Of a stretch of DNA of 64,000 nucleotides, positions 28,867-39,079 are shown piece by piece; position 1 is the first letter of the stretch; each line of letters opens with the position of its first letter. The notes beneath the pieces were generated by a model. The model ran no database searches. It was not told the DNA's origin and saw only the letters and a list, made by a program, of their open reading frames with translations. The DNA is from an uncultured delta proteobacterium (GTDB taxonomy: Bacteria; Myxococcota_A; Polyangia; Palsa-1104): positions 96,001 through 160,000 of the forward strand of contig CAWAWS010000014.1 of the NCBI GenBank assembly GCA_963785725.1. The letters run 5' to 3'. The position numbers and the translations under genes are program-made.

Positions 28867-29578
28867 GTTACTCGTAGGCGCGATGTTGGCGCTCCTGTTG
28901 CTCGTGCTCACTCGCGACGGCGTCATTCATCGGCTGCAAGACGGGCGCGAGCAGAGCATACAAGCGGCGCCGCAGGCCAGCGCCGTCGCCACGCTCGCGG
29001 ACGGTCGCGTCGCCGTGCTCGCCGGCGCGCGGCTGACGATCGCCGCCGACGGCGCCGCCGCGCGCAACCGCACGATTCCCGGCCACTTCGGCGACGTCAA
29101 GGCGCTCGCCGGCGGTCGCGCGTTGTGGGCGCTCGTCGGCGACGGCGCCGTGCGCATCGACGTGTCGAGCGGGCAGCGCGAGCGCGTCGTCACGTTGCCG
29201 CGCGCCCATCGCCTCGCCGTCGATCGCGCCGGCGACGCGCTCTTCGTCGAGGCCGACGGCGTCATCGTCGAGGCCGGCACGTCGCGCAGCTGGCGCGTGC
29301 CCGGCCGGCCGATCGCGCTCGCCGCCGCCGCCGGCAAGCTATGGATCGCGACGAAGGAGGGCCCGCTGTTCGAGATCGATCGCGCGACCGCGAGCCAACG
29401 CGACCTCGGCCTCGGCAACTGGTTTGGCACGCTCGGCCTGGCAGCGACCGCCGACGGCCAGCTGTTCGCGGTGACAGTCGCCGGCAAATTGTGGCGCATC
29501 GACCCGCAACGACGTGAAAAAACGATCGTGAGCATGGACGGCTGGCAAGGCGCGATCGATATCGCAGTCTTACGCTAA
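28865..29578 (+). CDS. Secreted beta-propeller-like hypothetical protein (start may be 28883)
   Basis: Hydrophobic N-terminus; blade-like motifs GKLWIAT..G.LFEID, GQLFAV...GKLWRID. Confidence 0.55.
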   Translation: MLLVGAMLALLLLVLTRDGVIHRLQDGREQSIQAAPQASAVATLADGRVAVLAGARLTIAADGAAARNRTIPGHFGDVKALAGGRALWALVGDGAVRIDVSSGQRERVVTLPRAHRLAVDRAGDALFVEADGVIVEAGTSRSWRVPGRPIALAAAAGKLWIATKEGPLFEIDRATASQRDLGLGNWFGTLGLAATADGQLFAVTVAGKLWRIDPQRREKTIVSMDGWQGAIDIAVLR

Positions 29579-29590
29579 ACTCGGAACCTC

Positions 29591-31707
29591 GTGGGACGCG
29601 CGCAGAAACATACCGGCGAGCAGCTGGAATTCATCGAAGGCAGCGCCGCCGAGATGGACGAGCGGCTGGCCGAAATCTTGAGCCGCATGCCGACCGATCC
29701 CGGCGTGTACCTCATGAAGGACCGCAAAGGCCGCATCATCTACGTCGGCAAAGCGGCGAATCTGAAGCTGCGCGTGCGCCAGTATTTCAATCGCACCGAC
29801 ACGCGCGATTTCGTGCCGCTGCTCGGGCGCATCCTCGGCGACATCGAGACGGTCATCACCAACAACGAGAAAGAGGCGCTGCTCCTCGAGAACAACCTCA
29901 TCAAGCAGCATCAGCCGCGCTTCAACGTCAAGCTGGCGGACGACAAGAACTTCCTCGTCTTGCGGCTCGATCCGAAGGCGCGCTATCCGCGGCTCGAGGT
30001 CACGCGCCGCATCGGTCAAGACGGCGCCAAATATTTCGGGCCCTATCATTCGGCGTCGAGCTGTCGGGCGACGCTGACGGTGGTCAATCGCCACTTCAAG
30101 CTGCGCACCTGCACCGACGCGGTCCTGAATTCGCGGCGCCGCCCGTGTCTGCAATATCAGATCAAGCGCTGCGACGCGCCTTGCGTGTATCCGATTCCCG
30201 ACGAGGAATACGCCAAGCAAGTGCAAGACGTGGCGCTCTTTCTCGAAGGCAAGGACGACGAGCTGCTGAAGCGCTTGAGCGGCCGCATGCGCACGCGCGG
30301 CGACTGACGAGCAGTACGAGATCGCCGGCGCCGTGCGCGATCAGATTCGCGCGCTCGAAAAGACGCTGGAAGAGCAGCGCGTCGTCTCGCACGACATGCG
30401 CGATCAGGATGTCTTCGGCCTCTATCGCGAGGGCGAGCTGGTCGAGATGGTCGTGCTCAGCATTCGTAACGGCAAGCTGCTCGGCCGGCGCAATTTTTCG
30501 CTCAAGGGCCAGGAGTTTCCGACGGCCGAGATCTTGTCGTCGTTCGTGTCGCTCTATTACGAGCTGGGCTCGTTCATCCCCGACGAGGTCCTGCTGCCGG
30601 ACGCGGTCGAGGACGCCGCGGTGAAGGCCGAGTGGCTCACCGAGAAGCGCTCGGGCACGCCGACGGCCGACGACGCGCAGACCAAGCGCGCACCGCGCAA
30701 AGTCGAGGTCATGGTGCCGCAGCGCGGTCAGCGGCACGATCTCATCATCCTCGCGCAGAAGAACGCGGCGTCGTCGTTCGTCACGCGGCGCGACAAGTCG
30801 CGCGACACCGAAGCGGCGCTCGTGAAGCTGCAGCAGCGGTTGAGCTTGAAGCGGCTGCCGAAACGCGTCGAATGCTTCGACATCTCGCACATTCAAGGCA
30901 CGGCGACGGTGGCGTCGATGGTCGTGTTCTTGGACGGCGAGCCGGCGAAGGCGGAGTACCGCACGTTCAAGGTCAAGAGCGCGACGAACGACGACTTCGC
31001 GTCGATGTACGAAGTGCTGTCGCGCCGCTTTCGCCGCTCGAAGACCGCCGACGACAACGTGCAAAAGAAGGGCTGGGTCGTGCCCGATTTGCTGGTCATC
31101 GACGGCGGCAAAGGGCAGCTGTCGACCGCGGTGGCGGCGTTGAAGGACGCGCAGATCGATCTCGGCATGAACGGCATGGACGTCGTGTCGTTGGCCAAGG
31201 AGCGCGAGGACGAAGGCGGCGAGAAGCAGCCCGATCGCGTGTTTCGCATGAACGCCAAAGATCCGATCAAGCTGCGCGCCAACACGTCCGAGATGTTCCT
31301 GCTGTCGCGGATTCGCGACGAGGCGCATCGCTTCGCCGTGACGTTCCACAAGAAGCTGCGCCGGCGGCGCACGCTGCGTTCGGCGCTGGAAGACGTGCCG
31401 GGCGTCGGTCAGAAGCGCCAGCGCGAGCTGCTCAAGCACTTCGGCGCCATCAAGAACGTGCGCGTGGCGACGGTCGAGGAGCTGCATGCGCGCGCCGGGA
31501 ATGACGCGCGCGGCGGCCGAGGCGGTCGTGCGCTACTTCCGCGGCGAGGGCGAGCTCTTGCCGAAAGCCGAGGGCGAAGCGACCGCCGAGCCGCGCGACG
31601 ACGTGGCCGAAGACGCCGCCGCCCAAGAATTGGCGCAGCTGGCCCCGGACGAAGCCGGCGCAGCGACGGAAGACGACGCGGTCTCGGCGATTGACGAAGA
31701 AGAGTAG
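29591..31707 (+). CDS. uvrC: Excinuclease ABC subunit C (frameshifts near 30295 and 31485)
   Basis: [14 protein letters not shown]...[46 protein letters not shown], HhH GVG; spread over three frames. Confidence 0.93.
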
Positions 31708-32887
31708 GCTGCCGCCGATCGTCATCTGGTTCGGCGTCGTGTCGCTCTTGACCGATGTCGGCACCGAGATGATCTATCCGCTCTTGCCGCTGTTCTTGGC
31801 CGACGTGCTGCACGCGCCGCGCACGTTCATCGGCGCCGTCGAAGGCGCGGCCGAGGCGACGGCGTCGCTCTTGAAGCTGGTGTCCGGCCGCTGGAGTGAT
31901 CGGCTGCGGCGGCGTAAGCCGTTGACGGTCGCGGGTTACGGCTTGTCGTCGCTGGTGCGGCCGCTCGTCGGTCTGGCGCTGCAGCCGTGGCACGTGCTGG
32001 CGACGCGCGTCGTCGATCGCGTCGGCAAAGGCTTGCGCGGCAGCCCGCGCGATGCGCTGCTCGCCGACGCCACGCCGCCCGAAGAGCGCGGCCGCGCCTA
32101 CGGATTCCACCAGGCCATGGACAACGCCGGCGCGCTCATCGGCCCGCTGTTGGCGACGACGCTGATCGCGCTCGGCCTCGGGCTGCGCAAGGTGTTCCTG
32201 CTCGCCGCCGTGCCGGGCGCGCTGGCGATGACGACCCTCGTCTTCGGCGTGCGCGAAGAGACGATCGCGCAGCCGAACACGCCAAAGCCGACCCACTCCG
32301 CGACGAAGCCGCCGCTGGGCCCGACGCTGCACCGCTATTTCGTGGCCGTGGCGCTGTTCGGGCTCGGTAACTCCTCGGACGCGTTCTTGCTCTTGCGCGC
32401 ACAACAGTGCGGCGTGGCCGTCGCGCTCATTCCGCTCTTGTGGATGGCGCACAACGGCACGAAAGCGGCGCTGTCGACGTGGGGCGGCGCGCTGTCCGAT
32501 CGCATCGGTCGTCGCCGCCTCATCGTCGCCGGCTGGCTGCTCTACGCCGTGACCTATCTCGCGTTCGGGTTCGCGTCGCGGCCGTGGCAGATCTGGGCGC
32601 TCTTCATCGGCTACGGCCTCTATTATTCGCTCGTCGAAGGCGCGGAGAAGGCGCTCGTGGCCGAGCTGTCACCGACGGGCGCGCGCGGTCGCGCCTTCGG
32701 CTGGTTCAACGCCGTCGTCGGCTTGGCGGCGCTGCCGGCGTCGTTGGCGTTCGGCGCGCTCGCCGATCACGCCGGCGCGCGCGTGGCGTTTACGGCGTCG
32801 GCGGCGCTGGCGGCGCTGGCGAGCCTGTGGCTGGCGCTGGCGGTGCGTCCGTCGGCGCCGGCGCCGCGGCCGCAGCCGGATCGGTAA
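31691..32887 (+). CDS. Major facilitator superfamily transporter
   Basis: GRWSDRLRRRKP, DRVGKGLRGSPRDAL, GALSDRIGRR; about 12 TMs. Confidence 0.9.
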   Translation: MTKKSRLPPIVIWFGVVSLLTDVGTEMIYPLLPLFLADVLHAPRTFIGAVEGAAEATASLLKLVSGRWSDRLRRRKPLTVAGYGLSSLVRPLVGLALQPWHVLATRVVDRVGKGLRGSPRDALLADATPPEERGRAYGFHQAMDNAGALIGPLLATTLIALGLGLRKVFLLAAVPGALAMTTLVFGVREETIAQPNTPKPTHSATKPPLGPTLHRYFVAVALFGLGNSSDAFLLLRAQQCGVAVALIPLLWMAHNGTKAALSTWGGALSDRIGRRRLIVAGWLLYAVTYLAFGFASRPWQIWALFIGYGLYYSLVEGAEKALVAELSPTGARGRAFGWFNAVVGLAALPASLAFGALADHAGARVAFTASAALAALASLWLALAVRPSAPAPRPQPDR

Positions 32888-33650
32888 TGTCGATCGCCGG
32901 CAGCTCGTCGATGCGCGGCATGACCACGATCTCGATGCGACGGTTGTGCGCGCGCTGGTCGGGGTCGTCGTTGTCGCCGAGCGCGTCGAACTCGGAGTAG
33001 CCGGCGGCCGCCAAGTGGCGCGGATCGACGCCCTCGGCCTGCAGAAAACGCACGACCGTGACCGCGCGCGCCGTCGAGAGCTCCCAATTTCCCGCGAACG
33101 GCGAGCTCTTGATCGGCTTGTTGTCGGTGTGCCCAGCGACGACGAAGTCGCGATCGGGGATCTCCTTGAGCGCCAGCGCCACCTGCTTGAGCGCCGTCTG
33201 CCCCGCCGTCTTCAGCGCCGTTTGACCGGGATCGAACAAGATGGCGTCGCCCAAATGCACGAGCATCTTGCCTTTGCGCACGTCGACCGAGAGCGTGCCG
33301 GCGCCGATGGCGTCGCGCAGCCGGGCGACGAGCGTGCGATAGAGCTCACTGCGCTGCTCGGACTGGGCGTGCGCGCGGCGGAGCGCGTCCATCTCGCGCT
33401 CGGTCGCCGACAGATTCTTCGCCAGCGTGCGCGCGTTGCCTTCTAGCGTCGTGATCTGCTCGTCGCGCTGCTCGAGGTCGCGCTTGCGATCGGACAGCCG
33501 CGCGGTCGCGGCGCCGAGCTCGACTTGCGTGTGCGAGAGCTCGGCCTGGCACTTCTCGGCCTCGGTCGTGCGCTGGTTGTATTCGGCTTGCGTCACGCCA
33601 CAACCGGCGAGCACGCACCCTATCGCTAGGCATGAGAGTCGAGAAGGCAC
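32790..33650 (-). CDS. OmpA/MotB family peptidoglycan-binding lipoprotein with coiled coil
   Basis: Lipobox LAGC, coiled coil, ILFDPG, GHTD, NWELSTARA, NRRIEI. Confidence 0.9.
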   Translation of the reverse strand: MPSRLSCLAIGCVLAGCGVTQAEYNQRTTEAEKCQAELSHTQVELGAATARLSDRKRDLEQRDEQITTLEGNARTLAKNLSATEREMDALRRAHAQSEQRSELYRTLVARLRDAIGAGTLSVDVRKGKMLVHLGDAILFDPGQTALKTAGQTALKQVALALKEIPDRDFVVAGHTDNKPIKSSPFAGNWELSTARAVTVVRFLQAEGVDPRHLAAAGYSEFDALGDNDDPDQRAHNRRIEIVVMPRIDELPAIDITDPAAAAAPAPTDAPPAPATGSPAPPAPPTP

Positions 33651-33681
33651 GGCAGCTTAGCTTGAACGAGCAGCGCGAAAA

Positions 33682-33713
33682 TTGACAGGTGTGTCTACGT
33701 ACGTAAGTATCCT
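33682..33713 (+). promoter_or_regulatory. Putative sigma-70 promoter of ftsK
   Basis: TTGACA at 33682-33687 and TATCCT at 33708-33713, 5 nt before ATG; the 20-nt spacer is non-canonical. Confidence 0.4.
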
Positions 33714-33718
33714 ACATC

Positions 33719-36362
33719 ATGCCATCACGTTCTGAGCGGGCCATCCAAGTTGGCGCCACCGGTTCGCGCGGCCGCGAGGTCGCCGGCATCGTCCTGTTGG
33801 GGCTGGCGCTGTTCGTCGGGCTGAGCGTCGTCTCACTGCAGCTCGGCTCGGGCACGCTGATGGGACCGTGCGGCGCGACCGTCGGCCTCGGCGTTTACGC
33901 GCTGTGCGGCATCGGCTCGTACCTCGTCGCGTTCGGGCTCGGCTTCGCGGCGCTGCGCTGCCTGCAAGGTCAGCCGGTGCGCGTGAAGTCGGTCGCGTTC
34001 TGGGCGGCGCTGTCGGGCGGCGTCGCGGCGGCGATACTGCTGCATTTGGCGCTCGGCGCGCATCGTCTGCGCGGCCACTCGCCGGGCGGAATCGTCGGCG
34101 AATACGGCGCCGAGCTGATGATCTCGTTCGTCGGCCGCGTCGGCGCCGTGCTCTTCGGCTTCGTGCTCTTGGCGGTGGCGTTGGTGCTGTCGACGCCGCT
34201 GTCGCTGCGCTCGATCGTCGAGCTGACGTTGTCGAGCCTCAAAGGTGGCCTGGCGCTCTTGGGTCGCACGGTGGCGTCGATCTTCCCGGCGCACGACGAA
34301 GAGGACGACGAGCGCGACGTCGCGGAAAAGCCGGCGCCGAAGAAGCGGTCGCGCAAAGAGGCCGACGACACGGTGTCGGCGCCGATGGCGGCGGGCGAGC
34401 TCGCCATCGACGTCGACCTCGACGACGCGAAAGCGCTCGATGGGAAGAACGAGCCGAAGATCAACGAGCCGAAGATCCTCGAGCGGGCGCGGCTGCCGAA
34501 GAAGCGGCGCGACGATGATGCGCAGATCGTGAAGCTGGCGGCGGCGCAGATGGCGGCGGTCGAAGAGTCGGCGCCGGTCGAGATCATCGAGAACGAGCGG
34601 ACGGAATTGTCGCCGCTGGCGCCGGCCGCGCCGATCGGCGAGCTGCCGCAAATGGGGCCGAAGATCGTCGAGCCGCTGGCCATGAAGAAGGAGAAGCTGG
34701 CGCAAAAGCCGGTCGAAGGTCCGAAGGTCGACTTCATTCCGGCGGCGGGCGGCTATCACTTGCCGGAGCTGGCGCTGCTCGATTACGAGGAGTCGCACGA
34801 AGACAAGATCGACAAGGGCGCGATGCTGGCGCTGGCCGACAAGCTGCAAAAGACGCTCGCGGACTACGGCGTCAAAGGCACGGTCGCCGAGATTCATCCC
34901 GGCCCCGTCGTCACGATGTACGAGTTCATTCCGGCGCCGGGCACGAAGCTGTCGAAGATCTCGGCGCTGTCGAACGACCTGGCGATGTCGCTGCAGGCGC
35001 TGCGCGTGCGTATCGTGGCGCCGATTCCGGGCAAGGGCTCGGTCGGCATCGAGGTGCCGAACAAGACGCGCGCGACCGTGTTCCTGAAGGAAATTCTCGT
35101 CGACGAGGACGTTCAGAAGCAGAAGTCGAAGCTGACGATCGGGCTCGGCAAGGACATCGCCGGCAAGCCGGTCGCGGTCGATCTGGCGAAGATGCCGCAC
35201 TTGCTCGTCGCCGGCACCACCGGCTCGGGCAAGTCGGTCGCGGTCAACGGCATGATCTGCAGCGTGCTCTTCAACAGCACGCCCGAAGAAGTGCGCATGA
35301 TCATGATCGATCCGAAGATGGTCGAGCTCTCGATCTACGAGGGCATTCCGCATCTGCTCTTGCCCGTCGTCACCGATCCGAAGAAGGCGAACCTGGCGCT
35401 GCGCTGGGCCGTCGACGAGATGGAGCGGCGCTACGAGCTGGTGTCGAAGGCGGGCGTGCGCGACATCTTGTCGTACAACAAGAAGGTCGAGAAGCAGCTC
35501 GCCGACGCGCCGGCGGTCAGCGACGAGCCGAAGATCAAGATCTTCGTCGAGGACGACGACGGTCAGCGCAGCGAGGTCGAGGTCGCGGCCAACGAAGAGG
35601 CGGTGCGCGAGGCCGGCGGCGTCGTCAACGGCGAGATCCACGACGAGATCTCGGCGGCGGTCGCGGCCATGCAGAAGCAGAAAGAGGACGCGAATTCGCT
35701 GCCGCGTAAATTGCCGTACATCCTCGTCATCATCGACGAGTTCGCCGACCTGATGATGGTGGCGCCGAAGGACGTCGAGACCTCGGTCGCGCGCATCGCG
35801 CAGAAGGCGCGCGCCGTCGGCATTCACCTGCTGCTGGCGACGCAGCGGCCGTCGGTGGACGTCATCACCGGGCTCATCAAGGCGAACTTCCCGTCGCGCA
35901 TCGCGTTCCAGGTGGCGTCGAAGATCGACTCGCGCACGATTCTCGGATCAGCAGGGCGCCGAGAACCTGCTCGGCATGGGCGACATGCTGTTCACCGATC
36001 GCGGCCAGGCGCTGCGCCGCGTGCACGGCGCGCTCGTGACCGACACCGAGATCAAGCGCATGGTCGACTTCCTGAAGCTGCAGGGACAGCCGGTCTACGA
36101 CATGGACATCCTGAAGCCGCGCGCCGAGGAAGAGGGCGAAGACGGCGGCGGCTTGCCGACGGACGACAGCCAAGATCCGGTCTACGATCAGGCGGTGCGG
36201 CTGGTGTGCGAGACGCGGCTGGCGTCGGTGTCGATGATTCAGCGGCGGCTGCAGATCGGGTTCAACCGCGCGTCGCGCTTGGTCGAGCGGATGGAGCGAG
36301 ACGGCATCGTCGGCGCGCCCAACGGCTCGAAGCCGCGCGAAGTGCTCGCCCAAGCCATCTAG
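33719..36362 (+). CDS. ftsK: DNA translocase FtsK (frameshift near 35946)
   Basis: N-terminal TMs, GPVVTMYE, PHLLVAGTTGSGKS, IIDEFADLMM, ATQRPSVDVITG; gamma domain SMIQRRLQIGFNRA in next frame. Confidence 0.95.
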
Positions 36363-36496
36363 ATCGTCAACTTGCCTGACTAAATGGTCAAGCGCGCTTG
36401 ACTACATGGTCAAGTAGGTTGACGACGTTCGTGATCGTCAACTTGCCTGACTAAATGGTCAAGCGCGCTTGACTACATGGTCAAGTAGGTTGACGA
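36362..36496. repeat. Two identical 64-bp near-palindromic units separated by 7 nt
   Basis: GATCGTCAACTTGCCTGACTAAATGGTCAAGCGCGCTTGACTACATGGTCAAGTAGGTTGACGA at 36362-36425 and 36433-36496. Confidence 0.95.
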
Positions 36497-36501
36497 AACC
36501 G

Positions 36502-36693
36502 TCAAACCTCCGTGTGTTGGTCGAAGAGCGGGAGCTGGCCGTCGGGGGCGCCGAAGCGGCGCTCGAGCGCGCGGCGCCAGGCGGCGACCACGTCGTCTTC
36601 GCCGAGGCCGCCGAGCTCGCTGGCCGCTTGCCGGGCCAGCTCCAGGCGCTCCGCCGGTGTCAGTTGCAACAGTCGATGCACCAGATCGTCCAT
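36502..36693 (-). CDS. Small protein resembling putative addiction-module antitoxin components
   Basis: 63 aa MDDLVHRLLQLTPAERLELARQAASEL...VVAAWRRALERRF...QLPLF; fills the gap between the repeat and the lolA promoter. Confidence 0.5.
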   Translation of the reverse strand: MDDLVHRLLQLTPAERLELARQAASELGGLGEDDVVAAWRRALERRFGAPDGQLPLFDQHTEV

Positions 36694-36744
36694 ATGTAGG
36701 TGCAGTCGCAATAAACGGGCCGCGCGAGCGTCTATACTCTCGCC

Positions 36745-37404
36745 ATGCGGAAAATCGCCTTCGTAATAGTGACGATGACGGCGCTCGCGGGTGTCGCGCG
36801 GGCGCAGGCCAAGCCGACCGAGACGGCGGCGACGCTCGTCGCGCGCGTGCAGAAGTATTACGACTCGACCAAAGATCTGCATGCGACGTTCGAGCAGCAG
36901 ATCGACTCGGCGTCGCGTGGCGCGCAAAAGGCGTCGGGCGAGGTGTGGCTGAAGAAGCCGGGCAAGATGCGCTGGGATTACGCCAAGCCCGAGAAGAAGC
37001 TGATGGTGTCCGACGGCGGCACGCTGTGGGTGTACGAGCCCGAGGACGAGCAGGCGTTCAAGCAGTCGCTCAAGGACAACGCGCTGCCGGCGCAGGTGTC
37101 GTTCCTGCTCGGCGAAGGCAAGCTGGCGCAGGAGTTCGACGCCACGTTCACGAAGGTCGACGGGCTGGCCGCCGACGAGCTGGCGTTGAAGATGGTGCCG
37201 AAGACGGGGACGGCGGCCTATCGCTACATCGTGTTCATCGTCGACGAGAAGTCGGGGATGGTGAAGCAGACGATCATTTATGATCAGACGGGCGCCACCA
37301 ATCGCCTGCGCTTCGGCGACGTGCAGCAGAACCGCGGCGTCGAGGATGGCAAGTTCAAGTTCGCGCCGCCGTCGGGCACGAAGATCCTGACGCCGCCGAA
37401 GTAG
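36745..37404 (+). CDS. lolA: Outer membrane lipoprotein carrier LolA
   Basis: Signal peptide, ATFEQ, KKPGKMRWDY, VSDGGTLWVYEP, FKFAPP; follows ftsK. Confidence 0.92.
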   Translation: MRKIAFVIVTMTALAGVARAQAKPTETAATLVARVQKYYDSTKDLHATFEQQIDSASRGAQKASGEVWLKKPGKMRWDYAKPEKKLMVSDGGTLWVYEPEDEQAFKQSLKDNALPAQVSFLLGEGKLAQEFDATFTKVDGLAADELALKMVPKTGTAAYRYIVFIVDEKSGMVKQTIIYDQTGATNRLRFGDVQQNRGVEDGKFKFAPPSGTKILTPPK

Positions 37405-37457
37405 CCGCGCCGCCATCGGGCACGAAGATCCTGACGCCGCCGAAGTAGCCGCGCCGC
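37362..37457. repeat. 44-bp tandem duplication of the lolA 3' end
   Basis: CGCGCCGCC(G/A)TCGGGCACGAAGATCCTGACGCCGCCGAAGTAGC at 37362 and 37406, one mismatch. Confidence 0.9.
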
Positions 37458-37602
37458 GCCCTCGCTGTCGAATCTGCACGCGTCTCCGGCGATTGCGCGG
37501 TGTCAGCCGGCGTCGCTTACCTGTGCTCGATGTAGGCGCCGCTTTCGCCAGCGGTCGCTAAAGTTCGCCCGCCTAGTCCCGATGTCTTTCGGGAGGCTCG
37601 TA

Positions 37603-37782
37603 ATGCGGCAAGTGTTGGTGGCGATCTTATTGGCGTGCGCGGCAGGCTGCGGTGGCGGCGGCAGCGATCACGTTTCGGTTACGAATGAGCCGCCTGCCGA
37701 CATGGCGCAGGTCGGTGTCGATCTAGGCGGCGCGACGACTCATGTCGCCAAGGTCTCATTTCACCTGACGGGAGTTCAATAA
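37603..37782 (+). CDS. Small lipoprotein (59 aa)
   Basis: RBS GGGAGG, MRQVLVAILLACAAGC lipobox; TAATG overlap with next gene. Confidence 0.6.
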   Translation: MRQVLVAILLACAAGCGGGGSDHVSVTNEPPADMAQVGVDLGGATTHVAKVSFHLTGVQ

Positions 37783-38759
37783 TGCGCCGCTCGCTGATGT
37801 GGGGCGCGCTCGCGTTGTCGCTCGCCGTGCCCGCGGTCGCGTTCGCCGAGCCCGGCGAAGGCAGCTTCACGCCGGCCAGCCTGCTCGTGCCCATTCGCAA
37901 AGTGACGCTCGAAGGCGCCGCCGGCTCGTCGACGCTCTATTCCTGCGATCCGACCGCGAGCAACGACTGTCTCGTCGACGTCGCCGACAACACGGCGCTG
38001 GCCAAGCTGTTCGCGCAGCCGGCGATGATCAACGTCGGCACCTACGATTCGGTCGGCGTCTACAACTGCAGCAGCGGCGAGCCGTCGTTCACCGCCAAGG
38101 TCAAAGGCACCGTCGTCCTCAGCGGCGTCACCTGGTACACCGCCGGCGCCAACGTGCTCTCCAGCGACGTCGCCGACTATGACTACGTCAGCGTCTCGTT
38201 CGCCGGCTGCAAGAACGGCCCCGCGCTGCCCGCGCCGGTGACGCTCAAAGAGGGCGACGACCTCGACGTCAGCGCGTTCTTCACGCTCGCCAACGTCGCC
38301 TGGGTGTCGTCGGGCCTGCAGACGGCGGGCGCCTGCGCGCTCACGCCGAGCGGCACGCCGCGCAACGTCTGCGTCGCCCTGCCCGCGCTCGTGCCGTTCA
38401 TGGGCACCGCGGCGCCGACCGTCGAAACCTATTACGTCACCGAAGATCCGAGCGACACCGACGCGGCGAAGGCGGGCGGCCAGGTGCTGCTGCTCGTCGA
38501 CAGCGCGTCCAACGTCTTCGGCGGCTTTCTGCGCCAGCTGTTCTCGGCGACGTCGCGCCCGCCGTCGGTGAGCTATGACGCGTCGCTCGTCAGCATCGTC
38601 GTCAACGCCGACGGCACCGATTACACCGCCATGACCGCGGGCCCGACGGCCGGCAGCTACGGCGTCGAATTCCCCGCGTTCCAGCGCCAGACGCACGACG
38701 GCGGCTACTTGCAGGCCGGCTCGTCGACGCCGACGCCGTACCGCGCCGTCCGCAAGTAG
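37782..38759 (+). CDS. Secreted hypothetical protein
   Basis: Sec signal (PAVAFA-E), beta-rich, paired Cys, strong GC3 bias. Confidence 0.75.
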   Translation: MRRSLMWGALALSLAVPAVAFAEPGEGSFTPASLLVPIRKVTLEGAAGSSTLYSCDPTASNDCLVDVADNTALAKLFAQPAMINVGTYDSVGVYNCSSGEPSFTAKVKGTVVLSGVTWYTAGANVLSSDVADYDYVSVSFAGCKNGPALPAPVTLKEGDDLDVSAFFTLANVAWVSSGLQTAGACALTPSGTPRNVCVALPALVPFMGTAAPTVETYYVTEDPSDTDAAKAGGQVLLLVDSASNVFGGFLRQLFSATSRPPSVSYDASLVSIVVNADGTDYTAMTAGPTAGSYGVEFPAFQRQTHDGGYLQAGSSTPTPYRAVRK

Positions 38760-38784
38760 CGCGCCGCTCGCCGCACGACTCCGC

Positions 38785-38978
38785 CGCAACTTCGCCCGCC
38801 GTCAGCGACTACGTTCGCCGCCACAAAACGTGCGCAACTTCATTCGCCCGCGCCTACGTAACTCCGTTCGCGGCTGGCGATTACGTTCGCACGCCATTCG
38901 CCGCCAGCGAACGTAACGCCGTTCGCAGCTGGCGATTACGTCCGCAACTTCATCCGCCGCTAGTGATTTTCGTTCGCA
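38785..38978. repeat. Degenerate REP-like hairpin repeat cluster
   Basis: 36-nt units at 38856 and 38911 (3 mismatches) with ACGTAA/TTACGT ends; recurring GCGA(C/T)TACGTTCGC and CGCAACTTC. Confidence 0.6.
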
Positions 38979-39079
38979 ATTCCGCTCGCTGCCGGCGATG
39001 CGCTCGCCGCTCCATCGCGCGCGCTGCCAACGATGGCGCTGTAACGGCCGCTGTCTGCCGCGCTCACGGCGAACGCCGT

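Noticed and set aside
30305..30307. uvrC TGA as a selenocysteine or readthrough codon
   Set aside because: Homologous sequence resumes in a different frame, so it is a frameshift and not an in-frame stop
22825..36362. Programmed frameshifting or pseudogenes in ssb, GT2, uvrC and ftsK
   Set aside because: Isolated single-base indels without slippery sequences in conserved or essential genes with intact motifs; sequencing or consensus error is the simpler explanation
36362..36496. CRISPR array or dif site
   Set aside because: Only two 64-bp units with a 7-nt gap, no cas genes, and no XerC/XerD dif consensus
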